In this document: positions 58,330 to 64,000 of the stretch, piece after piece
Numbering within the stretch: the stretch's first letter is position 1
How the letters are laid out: the number at the start of each line of letters is the position of its first letter
DNA from: Scyliorhinus canicula
Lineage: Eukaryota
Assembly (NCBI RefSeq): GCF_902713615.1
Contig: NC_052165.1
Coordinates: 64,186,593-64,250,592, forward strand
Length of the DNA stretch: 64,000 nt
Direction of reading: 5' to 3'
The notes under the pieces: model-generated
Databases searched by the model: none
What the model was told of the DNA's origin: nothing
Seen by the model: the letters and a program-made list of their open reading frames with translations, nothing else
Made by a program: the position numbers and the translations under genes

Positions 58330-59720
58330 GCACAAGAAAACTGGATGCTGATTCTAAGATGGAGAAGGCATGGTCATAAACATGATTAGAGTAGGTTTAA
58401 GTATGACTTTTAAAGAAGAGAGGTAGGCTGTATGTTTTATTGAAGAAATTCCAAACCATGGGATCAAGGCAACCATAAGCACAGTGATGGGGTAAAGGGG
58501 TGAGGTTGCACAAGAGGCTGTGTGAAAGGAATGGGGAGGTTTCTGAAGGTTGAAGATTAGTCTGGGAGGAGAATGACATTAGTGGCAAGGCTACATTGTG
58601 GCAGATAGTGATGATTGTTTTGGCATTACTGATGTTCACCTGAAGTTTCATATGGAAATAGTTATGGCTCATCCAAGACTGGGCGTTGGACAAGCAGTCT
58701 GAGTATATGGAGACAGTGGAGAGATTGAGGTAGATAGTAAAGAGACAGAGCTAGTTACTGTCAGAATATATTTGGTACTGACCCCAAATGTGTAGATGGT
58801 GTCAGCAAAGGCAGTATTTAGATAAGGAAGAGAAGGGGCCAAGGATATATTCTTGGGGCACTCCAAAGGTAAATGTTGAAAATTCATGAAACATGGTACC
58901 ATGCAAGTGAAAGCCCCACTGAACTGGATAACACAGGAGAGGCACTGAAGAGGATAATTTAGTTTTCCATGTTAAAGATTACTCGGGGGAGGGGGGGGAT
59001 AATGACCCATGATCATAATCACAGAGGCTGCAATTTTTGATTTAGTTTGTGCCTTTTCAGTAGTGTGATAGAGGCAGAAATCCAGTTGGAGAGATTCATT
59101 TGAGGAGTTGTGAAAAATCTGGGACATGGATTTGGGTGATGCCAGCATGTTCAAGAATTTTGGAGAAATACAGGAAATTGGAGACAAGATAGTTTGCAAG
59201 AACTAAGGGAGGGTGGATTTTCCAAGCAATTGGTTATGAAGGCATTTTTTAACATAGGAGAGGGGGAGCAATATCTGTGTTCAGGAAACAACTTATAATT
59301 TCAGCTTCAGGAGAGGAACTAGGTGGTCAGCAGTTTAGTAGAAATAGAGTCAAGGGAATTGAAGCAGGGGTGGGTGGTAGATCACAAAAGAGTGGGGAAA
59401 TAGGAACAAGATTAAAAATAGATTTGGAGCTAGGTGGGACAAGCAGCAGCTTGTCACAGGAGAAGGGTTTTGTGGGAGAGGAACAAGTAGAAGGGTGAAT
59501 GAATAGATTGTCTTAAACTTAGTGACAAAGTAGTCCATCAGTTCTTTGCACCTTTGGAGGGGACTGGGACAGGGTTTATTACTTAAAATATCCATCCGCC
59601 AAAAACCTCCTCGCCAAGTAACTCTTTAATCAACTCATTAGTCATGTTCCCTAAGTCTTGTCCAATTGATACTTGTTATCTATTTATTTTAATTTCTACA
59701 ATGTGCTTTGGAATATATTA
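58330..59720 (-). mobile_element. Old L2-like LINE remnant
   Basis: Decayed RT segment (..PISCIS.KFL...NESLQLDFCLYHTTEKA) resembles L2 YRPIS...ESLQSGFR..HSTETA. Confidence 0.5.
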
Positions 59721-60074
59721 AATGGGTATTGTTGCTGTAAGAAAGGACACCATATGAAACTTTTTAAAGTGAACATAAAATTTAAATCAAAGCAGACATA
59801 GTTGCAAAGTACATTTGGGAGAGAGATTTGATGCGAAAGTGGGCTAAGTTTATTTTTAACAAGTACAGGCTTACATAAGCCATTTGGTCTCTTGTTGCTA
59901 AAAGCTCTAATTCTAAATGGCCATTTATAATGTCAGGGAACGTTTCAGTTGAATTCTAGCCTCATTACTCATTGCCAGGCATCAATTAACTGATTCATAA
60001 GTTGACCATTACCCTCTTCTTTTATCTCTTCCCTGGTAGGTCCTAGGGAAGGTGATTGTCCAATTCACCAAATA

Positions 60075-60187
60075 ATGGATGAAAACACTGATTCAGTCAA
60101 CGATCAGCTGACACAGTATGCAGTCCAGCTGAGTATTGAAGAGAGCATTGAAGCCAATAATAACTCAGCATCTCAGTATAATGAAAG
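60075..60187 (+). CDS. ASB15: ASB15 first coding exon
   Basis: Acceptor at 60038-60039, ATG at 60075, donor AG|gtaatt; MDENTDSVNDQLTQYAVQLSIEESIEANNNSASQYNER resembles ASB15 MD...D.LT.Y.IQLSIQESIEA. Confidence 0.9.
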
Positions 60188-60544
60188 GTAATTGATGTAG
60201 AGCAGAATGTGACAAATGATACATTACCCTGACTCCATTTTTCTTTCTCCAGGTACCATGATCTAAGAGGGTGTTGGCGACCATGAACTTCCATATGTTG
60301 GTTCATGGTTATGCTTGAAAATGTGCTGCAGTAGTCTGCCATTGCCTTCCGCATGTGGCTGGCCCAGATTCTCTTCTGCTCTTACCACCTGCCGCAGACA
60401 TACATTGGCAGGATTTGGAAGTCGATAGTCAACCTGTTTGGCCACGTTCCTCAGCCATTAAGTGGGACATGAACCCTGAGCTTCTGGCTCAGAGACAGGG
60501 ACACTACCCACAGTGCTACAAGACTCCATTTATTTCACCTTAAA

Positions 60545-61482
60545 AAATGGAAAGCAGGGTGTAAAGGTAAGAGATAGTTATCCAGACTGGAGGAAGATGG
60601 AAAGCAGTGCTCCACAAGAGTAAATACCGGGTCCACTCTTATCCTAATTTACATTAATGATTTAGATTTAGCAATAAAACACTCAATATCAAAAGTTGCA
60701 GTTATTAATATCAAACGTGGGGTGTAGCAAACACAGGAAGAGTGCAGCATGATACCAGAAGACATGAGAAAACTTGCAGATTGGACACCTGTGTTCCAAT
60801 GGAATTTCAACACAGACCTGTGAGCAGGTACACTTTGGTTGAAGAAATGTAAACGTTGGAAAATTAATAAAAAACCTGGATGAGGTAGAAGACCAAATGG
60901 ATCAAAGTGCTATGATTTGTAGGATTTAAAATAAGTGAAATTGTGTTAAACGTGTACAGAGTCATGGTCAGGTAGCACTGCAAAATACTGGTCTCCATAC
61001 CATAAAAGACAGGGAAGCACTTGAGAAAGTGCAAAGCAAATTACTTGAGTTGTACCAGAACTGAGAGAGTAAAGATCTTAGGAAGGATTGAATAGGTTGG
61101 TGCATTTTTCTTTAGAAAAGAGAAAGCTTAGAGAAAACAGCCTCTAAGGTGGAGATGCTAAAAATATTCATGGGTTCAACAGGGGATAGGGAGCATATAG
61201 GGGAGTTCAAAACTAGAGACCATATATATAAGATAGTTATTAATAATTCTACAGAGAAATGAGAAACTCTTTTACACATAGGTTTGGATGTGGAACTGAC
61301 TAGTGAGCTTAAGATGCTTTCTAAGGAAGCCAGACAGGTACACAAGAGAAAAGAGGGGTAGAAATATATGCTGAAAGACGAAGATGAAATAGGTGGAATG
61401 GGAGGAGAATTGAATGGAATATTATCACCAGCAGAGACTTTTTGGGCTGAATGGCCTGTTTCTCTCTTGTAAATTCGATGTA
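60545..61482 (+). mobile_element. Old CR1 LINE 3' remnant
   Basis: Decayed RT/3' sequence ending GGGCTGAATGGCCTGTTTCT...GTAAATTCGATGTAA. Confidence 0.65.
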
Positions 61483-61520
61483 ACCATTTTCATCACTCAC
61501 CTTGTGCCATTTTTTTGTAG

Positions 61521-61573
61521 GTTTTTGTCACCCAGCCAAGAAAACAGACGAATAGTGGAATCAATCAGGCAAG
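61521..61573 (+). CDS. ASB15: ASB15 coding exon 2
   Basis: ttgtag|G...CAAG|gtacag, 53 nt; FLSPSQENRRIVESIRQG. Confidence 0.92.
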
Positions 61574-61734
61574 GTACAGTTTCTGGCCCATACACCATAT
61601 GATTTGTAGTATTGTAGATTTCAATAATATGAACATCTGAATAAGGAGCAGTAGTGTGTCATTCGGCCCCTTGAGCCTGCTGCATCATTCAATACGATTA
61701 TGACAGCAAACGCTTTGTTATTAATGTTTCCTAG

Positions 61735-61866
61735 GTGAAGTCTTCGCTCTACAACAGTTGATTGAACATAAATTTGCTTTTGATGAAGCAGATGAGAAGG
61801 GATGGTTTCCATTGCACGAAGCTGCTGTACAGCCCATTCAACAAGTGCTTGAAATTGTACTGGACT
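61735..61866 (+). CDS. ASB15: ASB15 coding exon 3 (first ankyrin repeats); gene continues right of the window
   Basis: cctag|GT...GACT|gtgagt, 132 nt; [43 protein letters not shown] closely matches ASB15 [28 protein letters not shown]. Confidence 0.95.
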
Positions 61867-62194
61867 GTGAGTTGACATTAGATGCAAGGCTGTAATGTGG
61901 TAGAAAATTATCAATATCTATCCATTGAAATAAAATGCAATCTCACCACAACAATTTCTTGAAGGCATTGAATCTGATTCCATGGATAGTGATCATCCTT
62001 CAGTGCTTCACCCACTTGGCCGTTTTTGATCTGTGGCCCTTGGCAGCAAGTGACAAAAGTGTATCAAGCTATAGAGACCACTACAGCTTGGCTAATACCA
62101 AATGTAATAGATGCCCACACACCCTCTCTTCAAACAAGAGTTGCTAGGTAAGAGTGTGGAGTAGAATTTGCATCAGTTTTTTTCTGAGGGACAG

Positions 62195-62370
62195 TGGCTG
62201 AGGACCCTGGTTCGCTCCCAGCATTGGGTCACTGTCCATGTGGAGTTTGTATATTCTCCCCGTGGCTGCATGAGTCTCAACCCTCCATAACCCAAAGATG
62301 TGCAAGTTAGGTGGATTGGCCACGCTAAGTTGCCCCTTAATTGGGAAAAAAAAAGTTTTTTTTTTCCAAG
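62195..62370 (+). mobile_element. HE1-type SINE, 5'-truncated
   Basis: Same body as the other copies. Confidence 0.75.
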
Positions 62371-62706
62371 GGACGTTGAGGCCAATCACAAAAATACCAA
62401 CATCAAGTCCAAAGCACAGATGCAGACTATTCAGCTCAACTGGTCTGTTGCTCCAGTGTCTAAGATTCACATCAGCAAAAAAAAGGGGGAAAAAAAAATA
62501 AAAAAGATTCACATGAGCCTTCTCCCATATCTCCTCATCTAACCCAATAAGCAGAACCTCCAATCCCTTTCACCCTCATATCTGCATATCTAGTTTCCCT
62601 TTAATCTGTGCTATTCACCTCAACTATTCATAATAGATTAAAAGCTGCCCTGGTTGTAATGAAGTCAATCAGCGTGTGAAATGATTGAACTTGGGATGCC
62701 CCAGTT

Positions 62707-63561
62707 TGTGCGGCTCAGGGATCATGTGCTACCTAGTGGAGTCCAGACCCCAACAGTGACTAGGATGCTGGACCAAAACCCCCAAATTTTAATTTATTTG
62801 TAAGACTATGCGGAAAGAATGATTTGTTTCAGGAGTAATTGCATGAAAGAAATAGTGCTTTGGTATTCTAAAAAAAAACTTTATAATGAATACAATATTG
62901 AACTTTTTAACTTCACATCCGAAAAGAACAACTTGCAATTACCCCATAACATTACTACACAATTTCCCATTAAAAAACAAGAAAAGAAACATACAGATCT
63001 CAATCTATCTTAAAATCAGCAGGACATAGAGTAATACTTACTTTATAAAACAGATTTGGCTCCTATTAGAACCCCTTCAGACTGAATATCTCCAAAATCA
63101 GGTTCGCCTGGAGTGTTTCAGCTTCTTCCTTGTCCCCAGACAAGGCTGCTCTGCTTTACATGTTATTATTCCTTTATAACTACCCTACCATGACAGAATT
63201 GTGGACTCACTGTCAGACAGGTCAGAATTCTGTGCCTCTCTCTCAAAGCCTTCTCCAAAAACTAAGTGCCACTCTGCATTCCTTGGCTCTACCTGACAAT
63301 TACCTCGTTTCTCAAAGCTTAAAAACAAATGATCTGTGCAGGCTGCAAAGCACATTAACTCCCCGGGGACTTCCCTAGTCAAACCACATTCCTTTGGTCA
63401 ATTCACCTTCTGGTTCCTAGAAGTTCCAGACCTTTACAAAACAAAATCCTTTTTTAAAAACATGACCACTGCAGTCAAACACACTGTAATCCCTGCCATT
63501 TAACCCTTAAATTATTCCAATATTTGGAAGCCAATATTCCTAAAATCCTCCATTCGTCACA
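62707..63561 (-). mobile_element. Possible solo LTR
   Basis: Minus strand starts TGTGACGAATG; left boundary and TSD not clearly resolved. Confidence 0.35.
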
Positions 63562-64000
63562 CAATCAATTTGGATATTGTGAGATCTACCATGCGGATTT
63601 AGCGGCACTTTGCGATCACTAAAACTCAGTAGAAATTTGAGTTAAAACTTCTCAGGTCCAAATAAGAATCTGTTTTATTTGTCTCTATTGATTACAATTG
63701 AGAATCATTTAAATTCATATTCTCTAATAAGTCCAGCTAGCAAAGGACTCAATAGAAGCAATCTTGTAGACAATTCAACTTTCAAGTAATACAGAAATAA
63801 TTTTCTTACTTACGGCAAACAGCTTGCAATAACTTCAAAAGGTCAAAGTCAGAAAATGAAATATGAAAGATAGAGAGACAGCGAGTAAGTTCGATCAAAG
63901 TATAGATGATTCATGAAGTAAAGAATGGCCGTACGATCTATCACAGTTATACTAAATCATATCAGACTTTAGCCATCTAGCTATGTAATCCTAATTGGGT

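Overview
Vertebrate genomic DNA, very likely from a cartilaginous fish (HE1-type tRNA SINEs and CR1/HER1-type LINE remnants; the species is an inference). It holds the conserved IQUB(-) / NDUFA5(-) / ASB15(+) block. I reconstructed 9 coding exons of the 5' half of IQUB (the gene runs off the left edge), the complete 5-exon 116-aa NDUFA5, and the first three coding exons of ASB15. None of these genes is properly captured by the ORF track. The introns are filled with transposable elements: a full-length ~6.0-kb L1 with open ORF1/ORF2 and a perfect 15-bp TSD, a near-identical inverted L1 copy at the left edge, decayed Gypsy elements and solo LTRs, Harbinger- and hAT-like non-autonomous elements, CR1/L2 fragments, many SINEs and two minisatellites. 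The most unusual observations are: (1) two intronless host-mRNA fragments without poly(A) tails embedded in TE sequence, namely TAF12 inside a Harbinger-like element with a duplicated chimeric junction, and NAP1L1 fused in frame to a Gypsy protease region; (2) an IQUB N-terminus expanded by six symmetric phase-1 exons, some of them duplicates; (3) an inverted L1 pair bracketing three frame-preserving IQUB exons; (4) perfect 52-bp and 40-bp fold-back palindromes; (5) SINEs that share a head but carry three different tails, the A-tailed class showing L1-type TSDs. All homology calls come from my recall of protein families, not from database searches.
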